Source: Octopus sinensis (lineage: Eukaryota). From it: a stretch of 64,000 bases of DNA. The stretch spans positions 57,908,001-57,972,000 of the forward strand of contig NC_043008.1 in NCBI RefSeq assembly GCF_006345805.1. The letters are read 5' to 3'. Both the position numbers and the translations under genes were made by a program. The notes beneath the pieces were generated by a model. That model was not told where the DNA came from. It saw only the letters and a list, made by a program, of their open reading frames with translations, and did not search any database. Positions 1-12,460 of this stretch are shown piece by piece; the stretch's first letter is position 1, and each line of letters starts with the position of its first letter.

Positions 1-239
1 TCTGTCTGTCCTTGTTTGTCCCCTCTATGTTTAGCCGACGAAATACTTGTAACGAACTTAGTGTGAGTGAATATCTTCTCTTGTACTTTCGGGGTACAAG
101 AAAGCAATCACTCACTAGCCGTTGCTTTAATAATCCAGAATCTCTGCCCGTCAGAAACAACAAGACGCAGACGTAAAATATATATATACTACTTTATTCT
201 CTTTCTTGGTAACAATAACAATAAGTGTGTTATCTGATG

Positions 240-730
240 TCCTTGGTTCTGGGCGCGCAAGGCTGAAAGTTAATCGATTGTAATATTTACAATGTTCAGC
301 CGCCAAAACAGAAAAGGGTCAAAATGGCGTCCGGAGGAAGAAGATGATGTCTGCAACAATCCAGGTTAAAGGCCTTTTGGTAAGGACTGCTAGAAGCAAG
401 TTCGAACGGAGAGAAAATATGCGTGACCCTCGCCTTCAATCGCTGGGTCCCAAGTCGCCGCTGCTGCTGCCAGCGGTCAAACGTTCTACGACCCCCTTTA
501 CCTTGGCTAACCACCAGGTAGGCAAAAGGGTCGTGCTTCCGGTGGTTCGCGCATGCGCGAGAGGGCCCTTCCTTTCTGTGCCTTGGTGAAGGCACCAACA
601 CGCGCGAAATAGAAAATGGACGGTGCGCGCGCGCGCACCGTTATGGTATCACTACATACTTATTTCTTTACTACCCACAAGACGAAAATACGGCTACGCA
701 TTTCGCCCAGCGTGCTGCTCGCCATCCATT
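240..730. promoter_or_regulatory. CpG-rich promoter-like region with YY1-, ETS- and NRF1-like motifs
   Basis: Locally GC/CpG-rich against an AT-rich background. AAAATGGCG (YY1-like) 321-329, CTTCCGG (ETS-like) 536-542, palindrome TCGCGCATGCGCGA (NRF1-like) 547-560, 22-bp CG palindrome 620-641. Donor-like sites at 380 (+, TTG|GTAAGG) and about 503 (-, AAG|GTAAAG). Confidence 0.45.
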
Positions 731-847
731 ACGGTCGATCTTACCAAACAGTTTCGCACTGGAGGTCCAACAGAATGTTATATAACTCCACGTACACACA
801 CACACACACACGTGTGTGTGCGTGTACATGAAAGTAATGAGCTGCTT

Positions 848-1497
848 GGATCTTTTCCTTTTGAACGGCACACAATTTCTAGTTAACTAAACACTTTAAA
901 ACTTCGTATACTGGTAGAATGTGTCAAAATAAAACATTTTTTTCTCTTGGCTTTCTTGATAAAATTGTAATTCGTTTGTTTAACGTAGTTTAATTCTTCG
1001 AATTTTAATCAATGAATCGCCTCTAATTGAGCTAAAATCATTTGCTGCGTCTAAAACTGAGACAACATCCTGTCACTAACCCTAAACCTCACCCTAACTC
1101 TAATTTTTTTTTCTTAAATTATAGAATTATTTTGTTTGTTAATTGTTTAAATTATTTTCCATTGCTTTCGTTTTTTTACACGCGTAACAATTAAATTAAT
1201 TTAACAATTAAGAAAAAAAAATTTAGGGTTAGGGTGAGGTTTAGAGTTAGTGACAGGATGTTGTCTCAGTTTTAGACGCAGCAAATGATTTTAGCTCAAT
1301 GGAGGTAATCGATTGGTTAAAATTGCCGAAATGCTCGAAATTTCAGACGATATATCTTACAAACTATAGAATTTTCTCAATAAAACCAAGAGAAAAAAAT
1401 GATGTTTTATAAACACATTCTACCAGTATACAAAGTTTAAAACTTTTTAGTCACCTAGAAATTATGTTACAAAGTGCCGTTCAAAAGGAAAAGATCC
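848..1497. mobile_element. Non-autonomous foldback DNA transposon (Merlin/MULE-like), complete copy
   Basis: Ends GGATCTTTTCCTTTTGAACGGCAC ... GTGCCGTTCAAAAGGAAAAGATCC; imperfect inverted arms of about 270 bp; flanks AGCTGCTT / AGCTGCCT(T) fit an 8-9 bp TSD with one change; internal (CCCTAA)-like patches. Confidence 0.8.
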
Positions 1498-2855
1498 AGC
1501 TGCCTTTTTTTATCTATGTCTATCTAGTACACGTATTCACATAACAAAAATCCTACATAATTACGTAGAGAAAGAGAGACAGGCAGACAGACAAGAGACA
1601 GACAGACAGACAGATAGACAATTAGGCTGATAGATAGTGAGTGAGAACAGGAAAATTTAAAAGGCTCTATTACTTTCACAACATTCTTTTCTTTGCAACA
1701 CTTCACTCACACATCCTACCGATTAGTTTCATCAATGTTTCCCGGACTAATTTAAAAAGGATATCTTAATTAGCCTAAATTTGTATCCGTCTTCAAATCG
1801 ATATTCTGACTAAGTTTTTTTTTTATCCATCACTCCATTTACCGCCCCTTGTTTCCCCGCACACCCTTCATCTTCCGTTGCCCCAATTTTTTTTCCCTCC
1901 AAAAACATCGAGGTTAAAGGTTAAAACTACTAAGCGAAACTCTTGAGATGCGATTAATGTGTCGTTTGTTTTTGTTGCTGTTGTAGCAATCATTGTAGAT
2001 TATTTTAATCCTTTTCCTCCCCTCCTCCTGCTCTTCATCATCACCATCTGAACGCCACCACTGCCGCCGTCGTAACCACCTCTACCACCACCACTATCAT
2101 CATTATCATCCACTACTGAAGGAATTATCTGTGATCGATCGACCTGCTGAAAATAGCAGCCAAATCACACCGCATTATTTATTTAAAAAAAAAAACAAGG
2201 GCCACATTGGAAACACACACACACACACATATTAAGACGGCACTGCCACAGCTGGAACGCCTTGTCCTGGAACTAATAACAGCAGCAACAGGTTTCTTCT
2301 CTCGCTTTCCTTTCCGCGTTCTCCATATTTTCAGCACCACTGCTACCCCAACCACCACCACCACCACCACCACCACCATCACGACCAAACAACCTAATAT
2401 TACTGCGGCATATTAAAAAAAACAACATTTTGTTCTTAATAAATTAATTAATTTGTTGCATTAATGGAGAAATTAATTGGGGGAAAAAAAAAAGAACCTC
2501 AAAAAGTTTAGCCCTATACAAACGTTGATCCTTAAAATCTGTCAGTCCACGCCATTCCGAGATCGTAATGGTGGGTGCTGTACTGATGGCTTCTCATTTT
2601 GTCATAAATCAAAGACCACACTTTAGAGTGAACTTTCTCTCTTCCAAACCAGGAAAAAATTATGGCTTCCAACGACCATTAACCCTTCTACAAAGTTCAA
2701 CTGAGACTCACAATCAGAGCCATCTTAGCACCATTTTAATAAGGCCCTGAGCTAATCAATGCACTAGGTCCTATGGTGTTTAGTTATTGACTGTAAGCCA
2801 CTGCATACATAGATTGGATTTGACGTACAGGTTCTTTAATTAATTAATTTTTTAA

Positions 2856-3450
2856 AACTAAACACTTTGAAACTTCGGATACTGGTAGGATGTGTGATGT
2901 AGAACAGGGTTTACGTTTTTGACAAAATTTTGTATTTTAGAAGTTACTAGCAGTATCGCCCGGCGTTGCTCGGGTTTGTAAGGGAAATAACTATAAGGCA
3001 TTTTTAGAGAGTTATAGCCAAAAAATAGCAAAAAAATGGAAAAAAAATTATGGCAAATTTTTTTTGAGAGTTAAAGAGGTCGAGTTGCGTCCCCATGACA
3101 GTCTGTGGTTTGTGTTTCTGATTCTCGACCCCATGTCGAATTTATCGATTTTTTTCAGAACTGGGGGAACTTTTCAAAATTTTCGCTGCGTTAGTTTTGA
3201 ATTATGACATTGGGCTATGTGTGTGTCAAGTTTCATCAGAATCAGTTGAAAGCCGTGGTCAGGGTGAGGGTACAACCTAACAGACACGCAGACAGACAAA
3301 CTGCCGTTTATATAGAGAGAGATTTCGTGTTAAAGTTGTCGTATTTGGGTAATTTTAAGCAATCAATGACGTGTATTCAGCTGAAGAAAATTACTGCTGC
3401 TGTTTGCGAACAACAACTTCCGGGTCCATTGACAAAACGATGAATCTTCG
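2856..3450 (+). mobile_element. Foldback-family arm fragment interrupted by a Helitron
   Basis: 2856-2946 and 3323-3450 join to give AAGTTA|TTTCGTGTTAAAGTTGTCG, the uninterrupted sequence seen near 11147 and 28137. Confidence 0.75.
2947..3322 (-). mobile_element. Non-autonomous Helitron
   Basis: On the minus strand it reads A|TC...CCCGAGCAACGCCGGG(hairpin)CGATACTG-CTAG|T; inserted between A and T with no TSD; closely matches 26128-26502. Confidence 0.85.
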
Positions 3451-3473
3451 ACCGTGTTTGAAAAGTGCCAGGA

Positions 3474-3939
3474 TCTTTTCTGTTTGAACGGCAGTTTTTA
3501 ACATAATTTCTAGGTAACTAAAAAATTTTAAACTTCGTATACTGGTAGAATGTGTTTATAAAACATCATTTACTCTTGGCTTTCTTGAGAAAATTCTGTA
3601 GTTTGTAACATATTTCGTCTTTAATTTCTTGCATTTCGGCAATTTTAACCAATCAATGACCGTCTATTGAGGTGAAAGCATTCTGTGCCGTATGAATATG
3701 TCCCTCGTTTAAGAAACAGATTGGGTTTATTTACATTTGTGAAGAAATAAAGATACCCTTCCCCCCACCCCTAGCCCGAACCCTAACCCTAACTAACCCT
3801 AAATCTAAAATAGATTGAAATGCAATAGATCGATTCTAGGGTCATAATTATTGGTGACAATTTCATATGACACCGCTAGCGAAAATGGCAGTTTTTTCTA
3901 GCGGTGTCATATGAAATTGTCACCCATAATTATGACCTT
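3474..3939 (+). mobile_element. Foldback-family element: left arm plus central hairpin, right arm missing
   Basis: Starts GGATCTTTTCTGTTTGAACGGCA; (CCCTAA)n patch 3770-3805; inverted repeat with about 50-bp arms at 3836-3941; matches 8901-9515. Confidence 0.75.
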
Positions 3940-4639
3940 AGTATAATGAGAGTTACTGCCTCACCTTGCACTCTGCAGTTCACTATGTGTTGCTGCAGTC
4001 GCCTTCCCCTTCTTTGAACCATGAAAGATTCTCCTGCAGAATCCTCCAGATCCATGTTTTCACATGCACACGCAGGTAAGCCTTAATATGTTAATTAACC
4101 CTTAGCTAGGACCCCAACAAGTGCTACTAGTCAGGGTCAGAGTTAACATAGGAACAGCAATGGGTAAAAAGTGGTTCCGCACTACTCAAACCCCAGGAAC
4201 TCTTGAACTAGGTCTCCACTACTGGATGCAGATTAAAGTAATACTCAGTTTATTACGTGTGCAGGCAGACACACACGCATGCGCGCGCTACACTTACATA
4301 CAGTTCACCGTTACATACACTACTCTGAGACATAAGCTTCGTTGATACATACACTTCACTTACACACACACATACACACTGCACCATCATATACGTTACA
4401 CTGTCACATACATACATACATACATACATACATACATACATACATACATACATACGCGCATACACAACACAGTTACGTACACTATACACATACACAGTTC
4501 ATAGGCACTTACGCTGCACATACACACAACATATCTTTATGCCATATTTAACTCCAAATCTTCTAAAATAGCTGCATATCTCGAGGCTGTGTTTAATTAA
4601 TGCATTGTTTTACTGGTTTCTTTGATACAACGAATAAAA

Positions 4640-4902
4640 GGCGACGATGGTGGTGATAATGATGATGATGGTGATGGTGGTGATGGTAGTAATGATGTTG
4701 ATAAAGATGATGATGATGACTTCGACTGTAGTGATGGTGACGTAATGATGGTGATGATGGTGATGATGGTGATGTTGATGGTAATGATGATGATGATGAT
4801 GATGATGGTGATGGTGATGATGATGATGATGGTGAAGATGATGATGGTGAAGATGATGATGATGATGGTGATGATGAAGTTGATGATGTTGATGATGGTG
4901 AA

Positions 4903-4942
<40 letters not shown>

Positions 4943-4980
4943 GTAATGGTGGTGGTGATGATGACGATGACAGCGGTAGC
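4640..4980. repeat. (GAT/GGT)n trinucleotide array
   Basis: Direct reading of tandem GAT/GGT units. Confidence 0.95.
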
Positions 4981-5272
4981 AAATATTAATAAAATTCAGT
5001 CAAGTTTTAGAAAAAAAGCATTGTTTAAGAAACAATGAGACTGTGCCAAACTCTACTCCACATCTGCATCTACCATAAAGTCATATTTTATATTGAGATA
5101 TTACATCACACTCAATATACGTTTACATTAATCAGAACAGTGGCCCTTAAATTTTTCACTACTAAGAACCCCTTTTATTCATATGAATTTTTCTTGAGCG
5201 CCCTAACTCTTAAAAAGTTCATTTGCTTAATAAACCAATTTTATCGGTTATCTTTTGCTTGTTTCAATCATT

Positions 5273-5528
5273 GGATTGCGGCCATGACGGGTTTTAGTCG
5301 AACAAATTGACCCCTGTACTGATGTTTTTTTTTTAAAGTTTGGTCCTTATTCTACCTGTCTCTTTTGCCGAACCTTTAGTTTAGGGAGCATAAACAATCT
5401 AACATCGGTTGTCAAGCGGTGGGGATAATGACAAACACAGACACAAAGGCACAAACACAGACCCAATAGTGCACGCACACACAGACACACACACACAGAC
5501 ACACACACAGACACACAGACACACACAG

Positions 5529-5573
<45 letters not shown>

Positions 5574-5712
5574 TTTTGTCGACCAAATTTACTCACGAGG
5601 CATTGCTCAACCTGGAGCTGTAGAAGACGCTTGCCTAAATACCATGTAGTGGGACTGAACCTGAAATCATGTGATTTCCTAACGAGATTCTTAACTGCAC
5701 TGCCATGCCTGC
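5273..5712 (-). mobile_element. tRNA-derived SINE family A (CORE-like), degenerate, with internal (CA)n
   Basis: Colinear with the family-A copies at 17161-17575 and 49320-49729. Confidence 0.75.
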
Positions 5713-6894
5713 ACCTAATTTTATTAATTAACAATCAATTTCTTTATTCAGTTTCATCTCTCGACTGAAAGATACAGCTAACTGAGTAATTACACGTAGC
5801 TAAGTAATTATACATTTAGCAAAGTAGCCTCAAAAATTATTCAAACATAGGCCACGGAACTCCTTTAGTGGACTTCCAAGAGTCAGCAGATCCCAGGTTA
5901 GGAACTGCTGAACAAGGAAATGAGCATTTATAGAGAGAACTGTTATTGCCAGTTCTTGGAAAGTAAATTAAAAAAAAAAAAAAAAAACCCTTTCGTTTTT
6001 AACACCGAAGACCAATACATGAATCTTCCGATAATTTTACAATTTTTGTGCTTTTTGTGAGTGATAGTAAAGCGATTGCTGTAAACAGAACCGAGACGAG
6101 AAAGTTTTTTTCCTTTGCAGAACCAAAGTAACATCTAGTCTATATTTAGATACAACTATTCCGATAAGCATTATTGCACAGAGCCACAAACTATGCAACA
6201 TTTGTTTTATATGCTCTCTAATGCAAAGAACATTCGCCTCTGCTGACCTTGCAGTATAAAATCAACATGTAGAGAAATGTGTTACGCTTTCGCTTAAAAC
6301 ATTTTATTGAATGTAAAGGGAACTCCGTAAGAAGTAACAAGAGGCTTGATGAAGTTTACTGTTTGTATAGCATTATACATTGCTTTCTCTCCTTTCCTCT
6401 TCTTCAAACGACACGTGCTACTTATTCTGTCCCAAGCCAGGTTTCTTTCTTCGAGCATAAAACTAAAGCAGTTTCTCGCAAACTAGATAATGTGTGATAT
6501 GTGCTTGTGTATATGCATGTATGTATACATGAACGTGTGTGTAAATGATTCCAGTTTGGTAATTCTGGGGATCCATAATTATGGTGGAACTTCATTTTGG
6601 ATCTAGAGTACTTTGTAAATGGATTCATTCATAGTCTTATAAGATAGCCTCTGTTGTTACCGATTATTTAAACAACTTATTTAAATAATCGACAACACGG
6701 AACCCTGAGTAAACGATTCAGAAAGCTTCTGCTTCTAACAAAATATATTCAAACTTTATTTTATGAATTGGATACATTTTTTTTTCTTCGTTTGTAAAAT
6801 GCAAGCGCTCACCACTACACACAATACACACACACTCATTCACATACACACACACAATATATATATAAGTATGTATGTATGCATTGCATGTGTG

Positions 6895-7040
<146 letters not shown>

Positions 7041-7104
7041 CTTTTTCTTTTACCAGCTTTTGTGCACTTTTTTCTTTTGGGATCTATTTACTCCTTATTT
7101 TCTC

Positions 7105-7137
<33 letters not shown>

Positions 7138-7574
7138 GTTACTAGCTTCTCCGTCTCTCAGTATCTACTACACTCGCATTCAATCATTCGTTGCCCCTGT
7201 TCCCCCCTCCCCATAATCCTTTCTTCATCCGTTTTGTCGATAACTCTCTCTTTTCCTTTCCTATCAAGTTTTTCTTTGGAGCTCCCCTCACCCCCCTCAC
7301 CCCCCCAACTGCACACCACTTTCACTCACCGTTTTTCCTATATCCCCCTCCCACCCTACCGCTCTCTCTCTCTTTGTTGATCTTATACATATAATCTTTC
7401 TCCTCCTCCTCCTCCTCCTCCTCCTCCTCCCCTTCCTCCTCCTCCTCCTTCAATGCTGTTATCATTCCTCCTTACGGATCGTTAATTTCTGAATCATTTC
7501 CCCATCGATCCGACTTGTATCCAGTCTTTTTGCTGAATGTTAGCTGTACTTTCTTCCTCAACCATTTGTTCATT

Positions 7575-7603
7575 TATTATCATTACTACTATTATTATTA
7601 TTA

Positions 7604-7645
<42 letters not shown>

Positions 7646-7972
7646 CATCATCATCATCATCATCATCATCACCACCACCACCACCACCACCACCACCACC
7701 ACCACCACCACCACCATCACCATCATCATCATCATCATTATCATCATCATCATCATCATTATTATTATTATTATTATATTATTATTATTATCATCCTCAC
7801 CACCACCATCACCACCACCACCACCACCACCACCACCACCACCACCATCACCATCACCATCATCATCATCATCATCATCATCACCCCCCACCATCACCCC
7901 ACCACCTTCACCATCACCCCACCACCTTCACCATCACCACCGTCACCATCATTATCATCATCATCATCATCA

Positions 7973-8008
<36 letters not shown>

Positions 8009-8069
8009 CATCACCACCACCACCACCATCATCACCACCACCACCATCATCACCATCACCATCATCATC

Positions 8070-8101
<32 letters not shown>

Positions 8102-8157
8102 CATCATCATATCATCATCATCATCAATCATCATCATCATTATCATCATCATCATCA

Positions 8158-8199
<42 letters not shown>

Positions 8200-8215
8200 T
8201 ATTATTATTATTATT
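7575..8215. repeat. Compound (ATT)/(CAT)/(CAC) trinucleotide array
   Basis: Direct reading; source of the poly-I/T/P/H pseudo-ORFs. Confidence 0.95.
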
Positions 8216-8490
8216 TGTATCCCTTTTAAGATTTTGACGTGAACGTAATCCCTATTTCACTTAATTTTAGTTCGTTTCAACAATATTGATTTATTTTTTT
8301 CATCCAATACCAGACCCGGGGCTCGTTCTTTCTGTTTACTTTTTTTTTATATATATTTTGACAGGAGAGAAATAAAATCACACGAAACAACTCCAGTATA
8401 TTCGAGTTAACGAGGGAGACTCTACGTAGTCGTTCAACCTGCTAGAAATAACAGCAAAATCTCACTCATATCTCACTCTACCATCTAAAA

Positions 8491-8524
<34 letters not shown>

Positions 8525-8900
8525 ATTAAAGGAAATTTTGAATAATGTAGTCAGCAATCTTTCGGTATTGGTGGACGATGTCATTCATCCACACAACCTT
8601 CTTTTATGCCATAGATAAAGAGGTTAGGGCATAATAAAGGATTGTAGCGTTAGTTATGACAAAGACTTACTGTCAGTTATTTATTCATAATTTATTACTA
8701 CGTTTTTTTTTACGAGGCTTCATGAAATACAGAGTCAGTCTTATATGAGCATCGTGTTTTGCAGGTGCTGGAGATCTTAGATAATTGAGGATTAGGCTGG
8801 TTTTTCACATCGCTGCAATTATTTATGGCCGCGTTGAATCTTCATCCATTTCCGAGTTGGGTATAGAGATGTAAAAACAGCTATTAGAAGAACCGTGTTG

Positions 8901-9515
8901 GGATCTTTTCCTTTTGAACGGCACATATCAACACAATTTCTAGTTAACTAAACACTTTTAAACTTCGTATACTGGTAGAATGTGTCAAAATAAAACATCA
9001 TTTTTTCTTGGCTTTATTGAGAAAATCCTATAGTTTGTAAGATATTTCGTCTGAAATTTCGAGCATTTCGGCAATTTTAACCAATCACTTACCTCCATTT
9101 GGGGTGAAAACATTCCGTGCTGTATGAATATGTCCCTCGTTTAAGAAACAGATTGGGTTTATTTACATTTGCGAAGAAAAAAAGATACCCTTCCCCCACC
9201 CTAACCCTAACCCTAACCCTAACTCTAACCCTAAATCTAACCCTAAATCTAAAATAGATTGAAATGCAATAGATCGATAGTAGGGTTATAATTATGGGTT
9301 ACATTTTCATTTGACACTGCTAGAAAAAAATCCCATTTTCCGTAGCGGTGTCGTATGAAATTGTCACCCATAATTATAACCCTAGTATCGATCTATTGCA
9401 TTTCAATCTATTTTAGATTTAGGGTTAGAGTTAGGGTTAGGTTTAGGGGTTGGGGAAGGGTATCTTTTTTTCTTCGCAAATGTAAATAAACCCAATCTGT
9501 TTCTTAAAGGAGGGA
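8901..9515. mobile_element. Foldback-family element with truncated right arm
   Basis: Starts GGATCTTTTCCTTTTGAACGGCAC; symmetry centre near 9335; 9340-9515 is the reverse complement of about 9130-9330; CCCTAA/TTAGGG patches on both arms. Confidence 0.8.
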
Positions 9516-9696
9516 CATCCCTAAATTTCATAAATAAAAGATGAAAAGAACATAAAGAACTCCATCATTATGCCACGACTGCAGGCAACTACATGTATAT
9601 GTACGTTCTTAGTAATATGTTAAGTGTTTCAGAAGTAGCAGCGGAAGTACTAGAAACACTGATCCAATGTACGTTTTATACATTGGTTTTATACAT

Positions 9697-10413
9697 AGGC
9701 GCAGGAGTGGGTGTGTGGTAAGTAGCTTGCTTATCAACCACATGGTTCTGGGTTCAGTCCCACTGCGTGGCACCTTGGGCAAGTGTTTTCTACTATAGCC
9801 TCGGGCCGACCAAAGCCTTATGAGTGGATTTGTTAGACGGAAACTGAAGGAAGCCCGTCGTGCTCTCCTGTCGTTCAGAAAAAATTCTGCGTTTGCAATA
9901 CTTTTTTCGTTCGGCGTCAACAGCCCTTCTTATCTTGTTTTTCCCTGTCCTGTCTTTTACTGTTATATTTTTTTACTGTTTATATTTTTTTACTGTTTAT
10001 TTTTTTACTGTTTATATTTTTGTACTGTCGTTACTGTCCTGTTTTTTTACCATTTTTTTACCATTTTTTACCCCTCTGCGAAAAGATCTCAGAATTTTAA
10101 TTGATTTGCTTTTCGCAGGAAGGAAAGTTTCTTGTCGAAGATACGTCTCGCTTTTATCCTTCGAAACGTAGAGTAGATGAAACCTTAGCGACTGAAGAAG
10201 GGGTATTTTCGTTGTGTTAATTGTCCTGTACTCCATTTTTTGTTGTTTTTAAAAAAATGTCCAGTTCCTTTGGTTTGTGTCTATGTTTTCGTTTCTCTTT
10301 GTGTTCGACGTCCTTTTGGTGTCCTGTACTCATATATGCGTGTATATGTACATGTAGAGGTAGGTACGTACATATATGTTTATATATATGCATATGTTTT
10401 ATTTCATTTATTA

Positions 10414-10457
<44 letters not shown>

Positions 10458-10667
10458 ATGTTTGTGTGTCTGTGTTTGTCCCCACAACATCGCTTGACAA
10501 CCGAAGCTGGTGTCTTTACGTCCCCGTAACTTAGCGGTTCGGCAAAAGAGTCCGATAGAATAAGTACTAGGCTTCCAAAGAATAAGTCCTGGGGTCTATT
10601 TGCTCGACTAAAGGCGGTGCTTCAGCATGGCCGCAGTAAAATGACTGAAACAAGTAAAGGAGAGTAT
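9697..10667 (+). mobile_element. SINE family A split by an insertion in its central microsatellite
   Basis: 5' half AGGCGCAGGAGTGG...GGTTCAGTCCC...ACCTTGGGCAAG...GCCCGTCGT at 9697-9861; 3' half (CATCGCTTGACAACC...GACTGAAACAAG) at about 10440-10667; unrelated sequence between. Confidence 0.75.
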
Positions 10668-11011
10668 CATTGTTTACACGGAATTATGGGATGTCACCTT
10701 CGTCACTCCAGTTTTCTATTGCAATTTATTTTCATTACTTTTTAGGACAATTTACTTTCACTTTCTTACGTAATCTGCACGTTAACTCGGGCGACTACGT
10801 AGAGACTCCCTTTGAAATGATCTCCAATGGTCGACGTCACATATTTAATATCATTGTTAAATCCCCAGGACCAGACAATATTTCAGCTCCGATCAGATAC
10901 CGATTCTTTGTAAGGCTCGAGTGGTTACTCAACTTTATGAGGGAAACAGCTGCTGCAATACAACACAAACCATTTAGACAAGCAGTCATCGAAGTGGCAA
11001 ATATCAGGAAT

Positions 11012-12460
11012 CCTTATCCTTTGAACGGCAGATCGAGAAATTCATTTTTTGTAACTAAACACTTTCAAACTTCGGACACTGGAAGAATGTGTCATATAAA
11101 ACATCTTTTACTCTTAGTGTTGTTGAGAAAAGTTTGTATTTTCAAAGTTATTTCGTGTTAAAGTTGTCGTATTTCGGTAATTTCAACCAACCAATGACGT
11201 GTATTCAGCTGAATAAAATTACTGCTGTTGTTTGTGAACAACAACTTCCGGCGGTGTATATTTCGTTTGTCACTGTTATTTATGACATATTTCATCTCAA
11301 TTACGTTTGTATGAATAAATGAGTGTATCTGAAGCATGTTTACTTCATGGCACCACCACAATCGTTCGTGTATTTCTACTGCTTTTATTTTTTTCCTGTT
11401 TTTCAGCTACTATTTTTGTTCCCCCCCTCCAATTTCTTCATTTTTTTCACCTTTTTCCGTAACTCCAACCCTAAAACCCCAGCCCTAACCCTAACCCTAA
11501 CCCTAAAACCCTAACTCTAAAACCCCAACCCTAACTCTAAAACCCTGACCCTTACCCTAACTCTAAAACCCTAACCCTAACTCTAAAACCCTAACCCTTA
11601 CCCTAACTCTAAAACCATAACCCTAACTCTAAAACCCTGACCCTTACCCTAACTCTAAAACCCTAACCCTAACTCTAAAACCCTGACCCTTACCCTAACT
11701 CTAAAACCCTAACCCTAACTCTAAAACCCTAACCCTAACTCTAAAACCCTAACCCTAACCCTAACTCTAAAACCCTAACCCTAACTCTAAAACCCTAACC
11801 CTAACTCTAAAACCCTAACCCTAACCCTAACTCTAAAACCCTAACCCTAACTCTAAAACCCTAACCCTAACTCTAAAACCCTAACCCTAACTCTAAAACC
11901 CTAACCCTTACCCTAACTCTAAAACCATAACCCTAACTCTAAAACCCTGACCCTAACCCTAACTCTAAAACCCTAACCCTAACTCTAAAACCCTGACCCT
12001 TACCCTAACTCTAAAACCCTAACCCTAACTCTAAAACCCTAACCCTAACTCTAAAACCCTAACCCTAACCCTAACTCTAAAACCCTAACCCTAACTCTAA
12101 AACCCTAACCCTACTCTAAAACCCTAAAACCCTAACCCTTACCCTAACTCTAAAACCCTAACCCTAACCTAACCCTAACTCTAAAACCCTGACCCTAACC
12201 CTAACTCTAAAACCCTAACCCTAATCTAAAACCCTGACCCTTACCCTAACTCTAAAACCCTAACCCTAACTCTAAAACCCTAACCCTAACTCTAAAACCC
12301 TAACCCTAACCCTAACTCTAAAACCCTAACCCTAACTCTAAAACCCTAACCCTAACTCTAAAACCCTAACCTTAACTCTAAAACCCTGACCCTAACTCTA
12401 AAACCCTAACCCTAAAACCCTAAAGCTAAAACCAGTCTAAGCGCACGAACGAATTGCCTT
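11012..12460 (+). mobile_element. Foldback-family element (subfamily C) hosting a telomere-like array
   Basis: 11012-11380 matches 3323-3420 and 28040-28380; inner short inverted repeat CAATCGTTCGTG (about 11360) / CACGAACGAATTG (about 12446) brackets the array. Confidence 0.7.
11461..12432. repeat. Interstitial telomere-like minisatellite (CCCTAA)1-3-CTCTAA-AA, about 970 bp
   Basis: Direct reading; units of about 20 and 26 bp built from TTAGGG and TTAGAG variants on the minus strand. Confidence 0.95.

Noticed and set aside
3979-4075. Possible exon (CAG| ... CAG|GTAAGC)
   Set aside because: Good splice-like sites and one open frame, but no recognisable peptide or partner exon.
10670-11161. 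163-aa ORF containing KSPGPDNIS (LINE RT-like motif)
   Set aside because: A single short motif; the ORF starts beside a SINE tail and runs into a foldback arm; the surrounding residues do not extend the similarity convincingly.
11461-12432. True telomere or chromosome end
   Set aside because: Internal, flanked on both sides by ordinary sequence, and dominated by variant CTCTAA-AA units.
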